Positions 9,250 to 18,742 of a stretch of 64,000 nucleotides of DNA are shown here, piece after piece. The stretch comes from Vicinamibacterales bacterium (lineage in GTDB: Bacteria > Acidobacteriota > Vicinamibacteria > Vicinamibacterales > UBA2999). How positions within the stretch are numbered: the stretch's first letter is position 1; each line of letters starts with the position of its first letter. The notes beneath the pieces are model-generated. The model was given only the letters and a program-made list of their open reading frames with translations. It ran no database searches and was not told the origin of the DNA. The stretch lies in NCBI GenBank assembly GCA_035626435.1, contig DASPNQ010000122.1:108-64107 (forward strand). The letters are read 5' to 3'. The translations under genes and the position numbers were made by a program.

Positions 9250-9675
9250 ATGGCAGGATTCCGCGACTTCCGAGAGATCGCCGCGTGGCGGCTTGCGAAC
9301 GAGCTCAAACTTCGTGTCGATCTGTTTTTGTTGTCACCGCCGTTCAGGCGTCATTTCAAGTTGTGCGATCAGTTGAGCGACGCCGTCCGGTCGGGGCCGC
9401 GCAACATCGCGGAGGGTTTCGAACGGTATCGTCACAAAGAGTTTGCGCAGTTTGTACGGATAGCCAGGGGGTCGGAAGTCGAGGTCCTGAATCACCTCGT
9501 CGACGCCCGCGATCAGCGGCTGATCACGGACGATGAATTTCTGATCACGGAACACCTCGCGAAGCGAGCGATCAAAGCGGCCGTGGGTCTAATCCGCTAT
9601 CTCGAATCGACGCCGGATCGCCGCCGTAGCACTAATTGGCACCAATGGCACCCTTGGCACCCTTGGCACCTTTAG
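9250..9675 (+). CDS. Four-helix-bundle protein (23S rRNA intervening-sequence / Avd-like family)
   Basis: FRDFREIAAWRLANEL...GPRNIAEGFERYRHKEFAQFVRIARGSEVEVLNHL matches the family signature. Visibly lower GC than its neighbours. The C-terminal NWHQWHPWHPWHL is encoded by the flanking repeat array. Confidence 0.8.
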   Translation: MAGFRDFREIAAWRLANELKLRVDLFLLSPPFRRHFKLCDQLSDAVRSGPRNIAEGFERYRHKEFAQFVRIARGSEVEVLNHLVDARDQRLITDDEFLITEHLAKRAIKAAVGLIRYLESTPDRRRSTNWHQWHPWHPWHL

Positions 9676-11071
9676 GACCCTGGGCACCCAGAGAGAGCGA
9701 AACGGCGAAGCCGGCGAGCGACCCGATCAGCCCCCACAAGCTCGGGTCCCACCAGCCGCGGGCGGCCGTCGTGAAATACACGGTCAGCAGCATGGCGACA
9801 CCGGCGATGATAGCGGCCATCGCGTCGCGTGCGCTGGCGCGGCGAAACAGCAATGCACCCGCGACCGGCACGAACAGCGTCGCCCCCATCAGCGAGTAGA
9901 AGATCCTCAGCGCGTCGACGACCGTGGCCAGCTGGATGGCGAGAAACATGCCGGCGATACCGCCAGTCACCGCGGCCATCCGCGCCACCAGCACCACTTG
10001 CGTCGACGTCGCCGACGGGTTGACGAAGCGCTTGTAGAGATCCTTCGACGAGCTCGTCGACAGCATGAACAGGATGGCGTCGCAGGTGCTGACCTCGGCG
10101 GAGAAGACCGCTGCCAAGGCGAGCGCGCCAATCAACATCGGCAGCTCGTTGAGCAGAACGGTCGGCAGGACGAGGTTCGGGCTCGCGATGTCGGGATGGT
10201 GCACGCGTGCGGCCATCCCGAGCAGTACGGGCAGGAACGAAAACGCCAGTTGCATCACGCCGGCGATGCCGATTCCGAGCTTCACCGACCGCGCACTGTC
10301 GGCGGCGTAGGCCTTCTGCACCAGACCCGGAGAAATAATGAAACTCGGCGTCAGCAGGATCAGCATCGTCCAGCCGGACGAAGCGCCGGCGGAGTACATA
10401 AAGTCCCAGAATCTCGGCGGGACCTCGGGTGCGGCGGCAATGGCCGCGAGTCCGCCGACGCGGCTCAACACCATCGGCACGGCAATCAGGAAGCCGCCGA
10501 GCAGCACCGTCAGTTGTAGCGCGTTGACCCATGCCGAGCTCAGCAAACCTCCGGCCGTGAAGTACACCGTCATCGCGACGCCGCCAATCGCGACGCCTTG
10601 CCATCGTGGCAATCCGGCCACGACCTCAAGCACCGCCGCGCCGGCAATGAGTTGCGCAGCCAGGATGGCGAGCGTGCCCAACAGCAGCAGCGATGCCACG
10701 ACGCCACGCACTTTGACGTCGTATCGATCCTCGAGAAAATCACCGACGGTCAGATACTGGCGTTCAGTTGCCAGCGCCCAGAGTTTCGGGCCCACCCAGA
10801 ATGCCAGCACCAGCGTGCCGATCCCGACCGCGCCGTTCCACCACCACGCGCTGATGCCGTCGTGATAGGCAAGCCCCGCCGCACCTACGGTGGTCCCCGC
10901 CCCGACATTGGCGGCGAGCACCGTGCCGCCGAGGAGCGGCCAGGACAGGTTGCGCCCGGCCACGAAAAAATCGGCGGTGCCGCGTACTCGTCGTCCCATC
11001 CACACGCCAAAGGCGGTTATGGCGACCGTATAGAGGAGCAGCAATAACAGCGGTGTAGTCACGGTGGCCAC
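9632..11071 (-). CDS. Sodium:solute symporter (SSS) family transporter
   Basis: N-terminal FFVAGRNLSWPLLGGTVLAANVGAGTTVGAAGLAY signature and multi-TM character throughout. Confidence 0.9.
   Translation of the reverse strand: MATVTTPLLLLLLYTVAITAFGVWMGRRVRGTADFFVAGRNLSWPLLGGTVLAANVGAGTTVGAAGLAYHDGISAWWWNGAVGIGTLVLAFWVGPKLWALATERQYLTVGDFLEDRYDVKVRGVVASLLLLGTLAILAAQLIAGAAVLEVVAGLPRWQGVAIGGVAMTVYFTAGGLLSSAWVNALQLTVLLGGFLIAVPMVLSRVGGLAAIAAAPEVPPRFWDFMYSAGASSGWTMLILLTPSFIISPGLVQKAYAADSARSVKLGIGIAGVMQLAFSFLPVLLGMAARVHHPDIASPNLVLPTVLLNELPMLIGALALAAVFSAEVSTCDAILFMLSTSSSKDLYKRFVNPSATSTQVVLVARMAAVTGGIAGMFLAIQLATVVDALRIFYSLMGATLFVPVAGALLFRRASARDAMAAIIAGVAMLLTVYFTTAARGWWDPSLWGLIGSLAGFAVSLSLGAQGPKGAKGAKGAIGAN
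9636..9689 (-). repeat. Six tandem 9-bp units, core TGGCACC on the + strand (GGTGCCA on the - strand), inverted relative to the arrays at 9072-9125 and 40-138
   Basis: ttggcacca atggcaccc ttggcaccc ttggcacct ttaggaccc tgggcaccc. Both convergent genes read through it (WHQWHPWHPWHL on +, GAQGPKGAKGAKGAIGAN on -). Confidence 0.85.
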
Positions 11072-11138
11072 AGCTTACCTCCAAGCCGGTGCGCACAAAT
11101 CTGGTAGCGGCCGGCCCTCGCTGCAGGTATCAACAGGC

Positions 11139-11702
11139 ATGTTGTTGATCGCCGCTGTCGCCGCGGTGCTTCAGGCCTCTCAGGCCGGCGCGCCCACGCC
11201 GCCGCCATTTGACTGCAGCGCCGCCGAATATCGCCAATTCGATTTCTGGGTGGGAGACTGGGACGTGGTCCCGAACCCCGAGACCATGCCGAAACCAGTA
11301 GCTCCGGCATCGCCGCGGGCGGATCGCAAGCCGGCCCGCAACGTCATTTCGAAAATCCAGAGCGGCTGCGTGATCCACGAAAACTGGGACGATGGCGCCG
11401 GCGGAACGGGCGAAAGCTATAACATCTTCGATCGCGTGCAGCGCCAGTGGCACCAGACCTGGGTCGCGAACAACGGTGGCCTGCATCGATACTGGGGCGA
11501 GCTGAAGAACGGCAGCATGGTTTATGTTGGCGAGGTGCCGCTGGGGCCGACGCAGCGCGTCCAGGGCCGCCGTACGGTGCGCGTCACGTTCACGCCGCTC
11601 GGGCCGGACCGGGTTCGGCAGTTTTCCGAATCGCTGAATACGGATGGCACGTGGAGCATCAACTACGACCTGATCTACACACGCCGGGCGAAGACGAAAT
11701 AA
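11139..11702 (+). CDS. Hypothetical secreted protein
   Basis: Start chosen at MLLIAAVAAVLQASQAGA (signal peptide). Coding-like composition. No family recognised with certainty. Confidence 0.6.
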   Translation: MLLIAAVAAVLQASQAGAPTPPPFDCSAAEYRQFDFWVGDWDVVPNPETMPKPVAPASPRADRKPARNVISKIQSGCVIHENWDDGAGGTGESYNIFDRVQRQWHQTWVANNGGLHRYWGELKNGSMVYVGEVPLGPTQRVQGRRTVRVTFTPLGPDRVRQFSESLNTDGTWSINYDLIYTRRAKTK

Positions 11703-11737
11703 CCATCACGCCGGACAGCCCGCGTCATCACGTCAGC

Positions 11738-12571
11738 GTGGCAGTGTTCGAATCGCCGCTGGTGCGCCTCGGACGCTGGCGTTGTCCCGCCGATCACCCC
11801 GTGTTCCTCGACTCTGGGCCGACGCAGGAAGCGTTCTTCGTGTTTCCGCGCGAGGCCGTCTGGATTCAACACGAAGGGCAGGCGCCCTTCGTCGCCGACG
11901 CCAATACCGTTACCTATTACAACAAGGGCCAGGTCTATACGCGTCACAAGCTGAGCGCGCACGGCGACCGGTGCGAATGGTTTGCGGTGTCGCCGGACGC
12001 GATCGCCGCCACGCTGGCGACCCATGAGCCCGCGGCCGCTGGGCGGCCGGATGTGCCCTTCCCGTTTACGCATGGTCCGAGCGACGCCGAGAGTTACCTG
12101 CGACAGCGCATGGTCTTCAACCACGTATCGAAAGAGCGCAGGCACGATCGCTTGTTCGTGGAAGAGACCGTGTTGTCGATTCTTGCCGACGTGACAAGGC
12201 TCGCGTATCTGCACCGCGGCGTCGACAGCCGGCCGCGGCCGCGCCGGCGCCGCGGTGTGGACGCCGTCGAGGCGGCGCGCGACACTATCGCTCGGCGTTT
12301 CACCGAGAACCTGTCGCTGTCAGACGTCGCGGCGGAGGCCGGCGCCTCGGTATTTCATCTGGCGCGCATGTTCCGGATGCGAACAGGATTCTCGATGCAT
12401 GCATATCGAAACCAGCTGCGGCTGCGTGCCGCGCTGCCGCGGTTGCACGATGCGGTGGGCGACTTGACCGGCCTCGCGCTCGAGCTCGGGTTCTCCAGCC
12501 ACAGTCACTTCACCGAAGCGTTCCGCCGTGCGTTTGGCAAACCGCCGTCGTTGATCCGCGAAACTCTGTAA
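11738..12571 (+). CDS. AraC-family transcriptional regulator (cupin-like N-domain plus HTH)
   Basis: C-terminal LSLSDVAAEAGASVFHLARMFRMRTGFSMHAYRNQLRLRAAL...GFSSHSHFTEAFRRAFGKPPS. The track ORF (11447) overlaps the upstream gene. A GTG at 11738/11744 is a more likely start, but the start remains uncertain. Confidence 0.8.
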   Translation: MAVFESPLVRLGRWRCPADHPVFLDSGPTQEAFFVFPREAVWIQHEGQAPFVADANTVTYYNKGQVYTRHKLSAHGDRCEWFAVSPDAIAATLATHEPAAAGRPDVPFPFTHGPSDAESYLRQRMVFNHVSKERRHDRLFVEETVLSILADVTRLAYLHRGVDSRPRPRRRRGVDAVEAARDTIARRFTENLSLSDVAAEAGASVFHLARMFRMRTGFSMHAYRNQLRLRAALPRLHDAVGDLTGLALELGFSSHSHFTEAFRRAFGKPPSLIRETL

Positions 12572-12580
12572 GATCCGCTG

Positions 12581-15049
12581 ATGCGGATGCTGAAAGCGGC
12601 GGGAGCCGCAATGCTGGTCGCGTCGATGGCGATCCTCGATGTCGCCGCGATAACCCGAGTGCCGTCAGCGGACGGCCAGTTCTGGGACATCCAGGACACC
12701 AGCCCATGGTCGCAAGACAGCGGCGGCATCGCGACCGGCGGGCGCGCGAACCCATTCAACGGTTTCGGTTATCTCAAGCTGCAGGTGGCGCGCCCGGACA
12801 ATACCGTGCTCGTGCGCAATCACTACCTGCGCGGTTTCGGATTGCACCACGACGGCAACGGCCGCTTCGATTCCATTACGCCGGTGCTCGCGCATGACAT
12901 CCTGATCTCGAGATCGATCACGACGTCCAAGGACACGCACTACCTCCGATATTTCGACGCATTCACCAACACCTCCGGCGAAGAGCGAATCGTGCGGGTG
13001 GCCTGGGGTGGCGCGGCCGGCGCGTATGACGACGGGGGCCGCGTGGCAGTGGCGGCGACCGGCAGCGGCGATCGGCGGATCGATCCCGCAGACGGCTTCG
13101 TGACCGTGATGCAGAACGCCAGAAACATTGCCGATCCGTCGATGGGCCCATCCGGTCACGGGCCTTCCTCGCACGTGCTCGGCAATCGCTCGGGCGTGCT
13201 CAAGGCCATTGGCGACATGTACGCCGACCCGTTCACCGATGAGTGGCCGGGTTTCGATCCCGCGCATCTCGGCTACGTCTTCGAACTGCGGCTGCGGCCT
13301 GACGAAACGCGCGCGCTGTTGACGTTTGTCGCCAAAGGTTTGAGCGAGGTCTACGATCCTCGGGGCGGCTACCCGATTCCGTTCAAGGACGCGCTGATCA
13401 CCGGCGAAGCCGTCTACTCCGGGCCCGACGCGAAAATTCCCGCCGCCGGTACGGAGATAGCACGCGTCACCGCGATCGCGACGGCGCTGCTCAAAGAACC
13501 TGACGTTCGAGGATTGACGCCGCGTCAGCGCTCGCAGATCGCCAATTGGACTAGCTCGCCAGGCGCGCCGCCGGCGTTCACGGTCTTCGAGAAAACCGTG
13601 CCGGACCTGCAGCAGGCGATGAGCACAGGCGTGGTGACGGCCGAAGACATCACGCGCGAATATCTCGGCAGGCTGACGCTTTACGATCGCAATGGACCAA
13701 CGTTCCGATCGGTGCTGTCGATCAATCCTCGAGCGATCGCCGATGCCCGCGACCGTGACGCCGAGCGCGCCGGCGGGCACGTCCGTAGCCCGTTTCACGG
13801 CGTTCCGATCGTGCTGAAAGACAACATCGACGCAACCGAACTGCCGACCACCGGCGGCTCTCGGGCGTTGGCCGACCATCGGCCTCGAATCGATTCGCGC
13901 GTCGCGGCCGGCATGAAGCACGGTGGCGCGGTGATTCTCGGAAAAGCGAACCTCGATGAATTTCCGTTCGGCGACTTCGGCATCAGCACGGTAGGCGGCA
14001 CGGTCGGCAACGCCTACGATCCGTCGTTGAGCACGTCCGGCTCGAGCGGAGGCAGTGCCACCGCGGTCGCGGCGAGTCTCGCGGCGCTGGCATTTGGCAG
14101 CGATACGTGCAACTCGCTGTCGAATCCGAGCGGGTTCGCATCGCTGGCCACGATTCGTGCGACGCGCGGGTTGGTCAGCCGGTCAGGCGTGATGCCGCTC
14201 AATACCTACAACGACGCGGTCGGGCCCATGGCGAAATCCGTACGCGAAGTCGCGCTCGCGCTTGATTTGGTGACCGGTCCCGACGCCGAGGATCCGGTGA
14301 CGGCGGATGCGGCGAGACACCTCACCGGTTCGTTCGCGGCTGGACTCGACGCCGCCACGCTCAAAGGAAAACGCATCGGCGCGTTCCGGCAACGCTTCGT
14401 CGGTTTTACCGGTGAACGTGAAGTCGCCGCCAACATGGAGCGCGTCATCAACGAATTGCGATCGGCGGGTGCGGTCGTGATCGATGTCGCCGTCGCCGAC
14501 TACGATGCGAAGTACGCCGCTGCGAGAGGCGCGGCGCCAGGCTCGTTACGAGCCGGCTGGACGGCGTACCTGAGTCGAGGATCGAAGGCCGGCGACAAGG
14601 TGTTGACGATCGAGGACCTGCTGGCGAGCAACAAGCTGGCGCCGGGCAGCGCGCGCCGGTTCGAGGCCGCGCTGGCGCCGACGCCAACCGGCGCGGTGCT
14701 CGAAGCCGCCATCGCGGACTTCCACACGCGCCGCGAAGCCTTCCGCCAGGTGCTGGTCGATGTGATGGATCGAGAAAAGCTCGACGCGATGCTGTATCCC
14801 GCCAATCACGCGCGCCCGCACACCCACGAAGGCGGCCTCGAGCGCTACGGATCGGAGCCGGGTACCTGCGAGGAAAGCGCGGCCACCGGACTGCCGCAGG
14901 TCACCGTTCCGGCTGGATTTATCGGCGGCCGCTATCCTGCGGGAATTTCGTTTCTCGGACGGATGTGGGACGACCAGCGGCTGCTGGCGATGGCGGCGGC
15001 CTACGAGCAGGCGACGCGCCATCGCCGTCCGCCGGCAACTGTCAGGTAG
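12581..15049 (+). CDS. Amidase-signature family enzyme with an N-terminal extension of about 340 aa of unknown function
   Basis: GGSSGGSA-type block SGSSGGSATAVAASLAALAFGSDTCNS and KDNIDATELPTTGGS. Signal-like N-terminus. Confidence 0.85.
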   Translation: MRMLKAAGAAMLVASMAILDVAAITRVPSADGQFWDIQDTSPWSQDSGGIATGGRANPFNGFGYLKLQVARPDNTVLVRNHYLRGFGLHHDGNGRFDSITPVLAHDILISRSITTSKDTHYLRYFDAFTNTSGEERIVRVAWGGAAGAYDDGGRVAVAATGSGDRRIDPADGFVTVMQNARNIADPSMGPSGHGPSSHVLGNRSGVLKAIGDMYADPFTDEWPGFDPAHLGYVFELRLRPDETRALLTFVAKGLSEVYDPRGGYPIPFKDALITGEAVYSGPDAKIPAAGTEIARVTAIATALLKEPDVRGLTPRQRSQIANWTSSPGAPPAFTVFEKTVPDLQQAMSTGVVTAEDITREYLGRLTLYDRNGPTFRSVLSINPRAIADARDRDAERAGGHVRSPFHGVPIVLKDNIDATELPTTGGSRALADHRPRIDSRVAAGMKHGGAVILGKANLDEFPFGDFGISTVGGTVGNAYDPSLSTSGSSGGSATAVAASLAALAFGSDTCNSLSNPSGFASLATIRATRGLVSRSGVMPLNTYNDAVGPMAKSVREVALALDLVTGPDAEDPVTADAARHLTGSFAAGLDAATLKGKRIGAFRQRFVGFTGEREVAANMERVINELRSAGAVVIDVAVADYDAKYAAARGAAPGSLRAGWTAYLSRGSKAGDKVLTIEDLLASNKLAPGSARRFEAALAPTPTGAVLEAAIADFHTRREAFRQVLVDVMDREKLDAMLYPANHARPHTHEGGLERYGSEPGTCEESAATGLPQVTVPAGFIGGRYPAGISFLGRMWDDQRLLAMAAAYEQATRHRRPPATVR

Positions 15050-15055
15050 CGCGAG

Positions 15056-15892
15056 CTACTTGTAGATCTTGGTGAAGTTGAGCGACGCGCCGCTCTTCTG
15101 CGGCTGCACGCCCACCGCGAATTGCGAGCTGCCGAAGTTCATCGTCACTGTCTTCGCCGCCGCGATGCCGAAGCCGGCCCCCATCACGACGTCGGTCGCG
15201 TGATGGCGGTTCCACGCCATCCGAGCGAGGGACACGTAGCTGCCGAGCGCGTACGCAGGCAGTCCCATCTTCCACCCGTAATAACGCTGGACGATCGTCG
15301 CCGTCGCGAACGCGCTGGCGGCGTGACCCGACGGGAACGACTTGTTGTTGCTGAAGTCGGGCCGGTCGCGGCGAACCGAGAACTTCAGCCCTTGCACGAT
15401 GACCTGCGAGAGTACCTGCGCGCGGACGATGTCGCGGCCGACCGCCGCGGCCTTGGCATTCCCGAACGCTCTGCCGAGACCGTACGTCGCAAAGCCGGCG
15501 CCAGCCTGGAATACGAAATTACCGATCAAGTTCCCCGACTGGAACAACGTCGTCGGAATATTGAAGCCGTTGTTGACGCCTTCACGATCCCAGGGGGCCA
15601 TCGCGACCGCGACAATGCCCACCGTGCTGAGCGTCTTGAGCGTGTCGTGGCGCCAGAAATTCCGGAAATCGCCGGCACTCAGCTTGAGCGCGTTGGTTTC
15701 GGGAACCGGCGACACGCGCGCGAGCTGCGGCACGCCGGAAGCCGGAAGCTGTTCTGTCGACTCGGTCGCCCCCTCAGGCGTAGCGACGGCGTCGCCGGGG
15801 CCCTCGGTTGGATCCGGCGCCTGGGCGGACGCCGGCACAGCAAGCGCAAGCGCGAAGAGGGCAATCGCAATACGAACTGAAAACATCATCAA
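15056..15892 (-). CDS. PAP2-family phosphatase (secreted/membrane)
   Basis: KFSVRRDRP ... PSGHAASAF ... RHHATDVVMG are the three PAP2 motifs. Signal peptide present. Confidence 0.85.
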   Translation of the reverse strand: MMMFSVRIAIALFALALAVPASAQAPDPTEGPGDAVATPEGATESTEQLPASGVPQLARVSPVPETNALKLSAGDFRNFWRHDTLKTLSTVGIVAVAMAPWDREGVNNGFNIPTTLFQSGNLIGNFVFQAGAGFATYGLGRAFGNAKAAAVGRDIVRAQVLSQVIVQGLKFSVRRDRPDFSNNKSFPSGHAASAFATATIVQRYYGWKMGLPAYALGSYVSLARMAWNRHHATDVVMGAGFGIAAAKTVTMNFGSSQFAVGVQPQKSGASLNFTKIYK

Positions 15893-16055
15893 CTCTATTT
15901 ATTAATTGTTGGTAAGCGCCGGCAAGCGCGCGTTCCAGTATCGCACGACGGAGCGGACCTGCACGCGATTTACGGAACGCGTAATTCTCTGATGAGGTTG
16001 TGTCACGGCAACCGGTCGAAACCAACCGCGCACCAGGATCCGGCGGCGAGACGCA

Positions 16056-16862
16056 TCATGCGTCGAGCTGCCACTTGGTGCGCGTATAGGCGATCCGGAA
16101 GCCTTGCCGCTCGGCGTTGCGTTGGGACGGGCTGCCCGGTGCGGCCACCATCATGGCCAGATCGCAACCCTTCGACGCCGCATGCCGGAGCCGGGCGTCG
16201 AGCAGCGCGTTTTGCGCGCCTTGCCGTCGTCCTAACGGCACGGTGCTGGCGCCGGCGAGCAATGCGGTGCCCTCGTGCATGAACAGCGCGGCGGTGGCAA
16301 TTGCCTCGCCGGCTCGCTCGGCGACAAAGCAGGTGGCGGACGACAGGCTCAACCGCGCGAAGCCTTCGATGTAAGGCATCACCTCCGGATGTTCGCTCCA
16401 ACCCTGCGAGGCGACGCGTGCGTAGTGGTCGACTTCACCGGGCTCCGCGATCCGCACGCGCAACGTCTCGTTCGCCGTGCTCGCTGCCGCGGGATCGATC
16501 GGACGAAACAGGACGGTCGAGAGCTCGCACGGCTTATATCCGCGTTGGGTCAATGTTGCGAACAGCTCGACGCCCGCGAGCGGACAGGTCTCGTGAAACA
16601 CCGCCGAACCGCGCGACGTGAAGAACCGCTCGACAGCGGCGAGCTCACTCTCGGATGGCCGCTCGAACAGGCCGAGACAGAACGTCTGGGTGAGCGGCGA
16701 GCCGACGCCCGCAAACATCAGCAGGGTGTGGCCGCTATGTTTCCAGATGGCGCCGGAGTTCGGATCGAGGCGCGCCTGCGCCTCGACGAACGCGGCGTTG
16801 CCGCGGCCCTCGGTCGATTCGAGGCGTTGCGCGAGCGCGAGGTCGGAGAAATGCTGGCTCAT
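16056..16862 (-). CDS. GNAT-family N-acetyltransferase
   Basis: RRQGAQNALLDARLRHAASKGCDLAMMVAAPGSPSQRNAERQGF is GNAT motif A/B-like. Confidence 0.75.
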   Translation of the reverse strand: MSQHFSDLALAQRLESTEGRGNAAFVEAQARLDPNSGAIWKHSGHTLLMFAGVGSPLTQTFCLGLFERPSESELAAVERFFTSRGSAVFHETCPLAGVELFATLTQRGYKPCELSTVLFRPIDPAAASTANETLRVRIAEPGEVDHYARVASQGWSEHPEVMPYIEGFARLSLSSATCFVAERAGEAIATAALFMHEGTALLAGASTVPLGRRQGAQNALLDARLRHAASKGCDLAMMVAAPGSPSQRNAERQGFRIAYTRTKWQLDA

Positions 16863-16903
16863 CGGCAGTGCCGGGCATGTTACCCCGCCGCTCCGACAGC
16901 CGC

Positions 16904-17221
16904 TTACTTGCGGTATACGCGCATGGTCTTGCCCTCGATCGAATACGCCAAGCCCTTCCGATTGACAATCAACGTCAACGCCTCTTCGAACGTCACGCCG
17001 TGCAGCTTGAGCGTGTCATCCGTGAGCGGTTCGCGCCGCGTTGCCACGGTGACGCTCTCATCGATCTCGACGGTCATGCCGGCTGCCCTCGCCAGGAACG
17101 ACAGCGCGTCTTCGACAGTCGACTTGACGAAGGTGATAGTGATTGGCTGCGCGGCCGTGGGCGCTTGCGCAGGTGCGCCGGCGGTCATTACGTATACGCC
17201 GAGGACGAGAATCAATTGCAT
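16904..17221 (-). CDS. Small secreted protein with an STN / secretin-N0-like fold (tentative)
   Basis: Signal peptide, then ITITFVKSTVEDALSFLARAAGMTVEIDESV...VTFEEALTLIVNRKGLAYSIEGKTMRVY. This resembles the alternating pattern of STN/N0 domains. Confidence 0.5.
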   Translation of the reverse strand: MQLILVLGVYVMTAGAPAQAPTAAQPITITFVKSTVEDALSFLARAAGMTVEIDESVTVATRREPLTDDTLKLHGVTFEEALTLIVNRKGLAYSIEGKTMRVYRK

Positions 17222-17335
17222 TTCGGCCCCCTCAGGTCAGTTGCTGATGCGATCTTACAGTAGACGGCGCGGATTTTGGTGGGTACCGCAACCCTACGCG
17301 CGAGCATCGAGCGCGGCAAAGCGATCCGCGGTCTG

Positions 17336-18739
17336 CTATTTCAGGGCGGTGAGCACCGCGTCGATCATCTTCTTTGCGTCGCCGAACAGCATGCGGGTGT
17401 TGTCTTTGTAGAACAGCGGGTTGTCGACGCCGGCATAGCCGCTGGCCATGCCCCGTTTCATCACGATGCAGTGCTTCGCCTTCCACACCTCGAGGATGGG
17501 CATGCCGTAGATCGGGCTCGACGGATCGTCGAGCGCACCCGGATTGACGATGTCGTTGGCGCCAATCACGAGCACGACGTCGGTGTCGGGAAATTCGTGA
17601 TTGATCTCTTCCATCTCGAGCACGATGTCGTACGGCACTTTCGCTTCGGCGAGCAGGACATTCATGTGGCCGGGCAGACGGCCGGCGACCGGGTGAATCG
17701 CGAACCGGACGTTGGCGCCCTTGTCGCGCAGGATTTTCGTGACTTCGTACAACGGGTACTGCGCCTGCGCGACCGCCATGCCATAGCCTGGAACGACGAT
17801 CACGGTCTTGGCATCTCGCAGCAGCTCCGCCGTGTCTTCCGCGGTAATCGACTTCACTTCACCCGCGGGCTGAGCGGCGGCGCCGGCCGCTGGCGCGGCG
17901 CCTTCGTCGGCGCCGAAGCCGCCGAGGATCACGCTGAGGAACGAGCGGTTCATCGCGTGACACATGATGTAGCTCAGGATCGCGCCGCTCGAACCGACCA
18001 GCGCGCCGGTGATGATCAGCAGGTCGTTCTCGAGCATGAAGCCGGCCGCGGCCGCCGCCCATCCCGAATACGAATTCAGCATCGACACGACCACCGGCAT
18101 GTCCGCGCCGCCAATCGCCATCACCAGGTGGATGCCGAGCAGGCTCGCCACCGCGGTACAGGCCAGCAGCGGCCACAACGGCGCGAAGTAATCCCCGTGG
18201 TTGATGAAGAAGTAACCAAAGACGATACAGGCCAGCAGCATCACCAGGTTGAGGACGTGCCGGCCGGGCAGCAGCAGCGGCTTGCTGCCGATCAAGCCCT
18301 GCAACTTGCCATACGCGATCACCGAGCCCGTGAAGGTCACCGCGCCGACGAACACACCGACGAAGATCTCGGTTTCGTGGATGCGCGCCTCGATCCCGCC
18401 AAGCACTTGCGTGTGGTTGATGGCGGTCGCGATGCCGACCAGCACCGCCGCGGCCCCGACAAAGCTGTGGAGAATCGCGACCAGCTGCGGCATCGACGTC
18501 ATCTCGACCCGCGCGGCGAGCGTCGCGCCGATCGCCCCGCCGATCAACAGCGCCGCGGTCAGGACCGCGTAGCTATCCACCCGGGGCCCGAACGCGGTGA
18601 CGAGGACCGCAATCACCATCCCGAGCATGCCGAAGACATTGCCGCGGCGCGCCGACTCCTGCGCCGACAACCCGCCAAGGCTGAAGATGAAGAGGATCCC
18701 GGCGGCGAGATACGCGATGGTGACGAGGGTCTCAGGCAT
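17336..18739 (-). CDS. pntB: NAD(P) transhydrogenase subunit beta
   Basis: Full-length collinear PntB pattern: multi-TM N-half, then C-terminal dIII domain with [11 protein letters not shown] and [16 protein letters not shown]. Confidence 0.95.
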   Translation of the reverse strand: MPETLVTIAYLAAGILFIFSLGGLSAQESARRGNVFGMLGMVIAVLVTAFGPRVDSYAVLTAALLIGGAIGATLAARVEMTSMPQLVAILHSFVGAAAVLVGIATAINHTQVLGGIEARIHETEIFVGVFVGAVTFTGSVIAYGKLQGLIGSKPLLLPGRHVLNLVMLLACIVFGYFFINHGDYFAPLWPLLACTAVASLLGIHLVMAIGGADMPVVVSMLNSYSGWAAAAAGFMLENDLLIITGALVGSSGAILSYIMCHAMNRSFLSVILGGFGADEGAAPAAGAAAQPAGEVKSITAEDTAELLRDAKTVIVVPGYGMAVAQAQYPLYEVTKILRDKGANVRFAIHPVAGRLPGHMNVLLAEAKVPYDIVLEMEEINHEFPDTDVVLVIGANDIVNPGALDDPSSPIYGMPILEVWKAKHCIVMKRGMASGYAGVDNPLFYKDNTRMLFGDAKKMIDAVLTALK

Positions 18740-18742
18740 GCG

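Noticed and set aside
9250-9675. Four-helix-bundle (Avd-family) gene considered as part of a diversity-generating retroelement
   Set aside because: There is no reverse transcriptase gene, no template/variable repeat pair, and no C-type-lectin-fold target gene nearby. I report it only as an orphan cassette-like gene.
12665-13921. 418-aa - strand ORF
   Set aside because: It is antisense to the amidase gene, with Arg/Gly/Ala-rich composition and no motifs.
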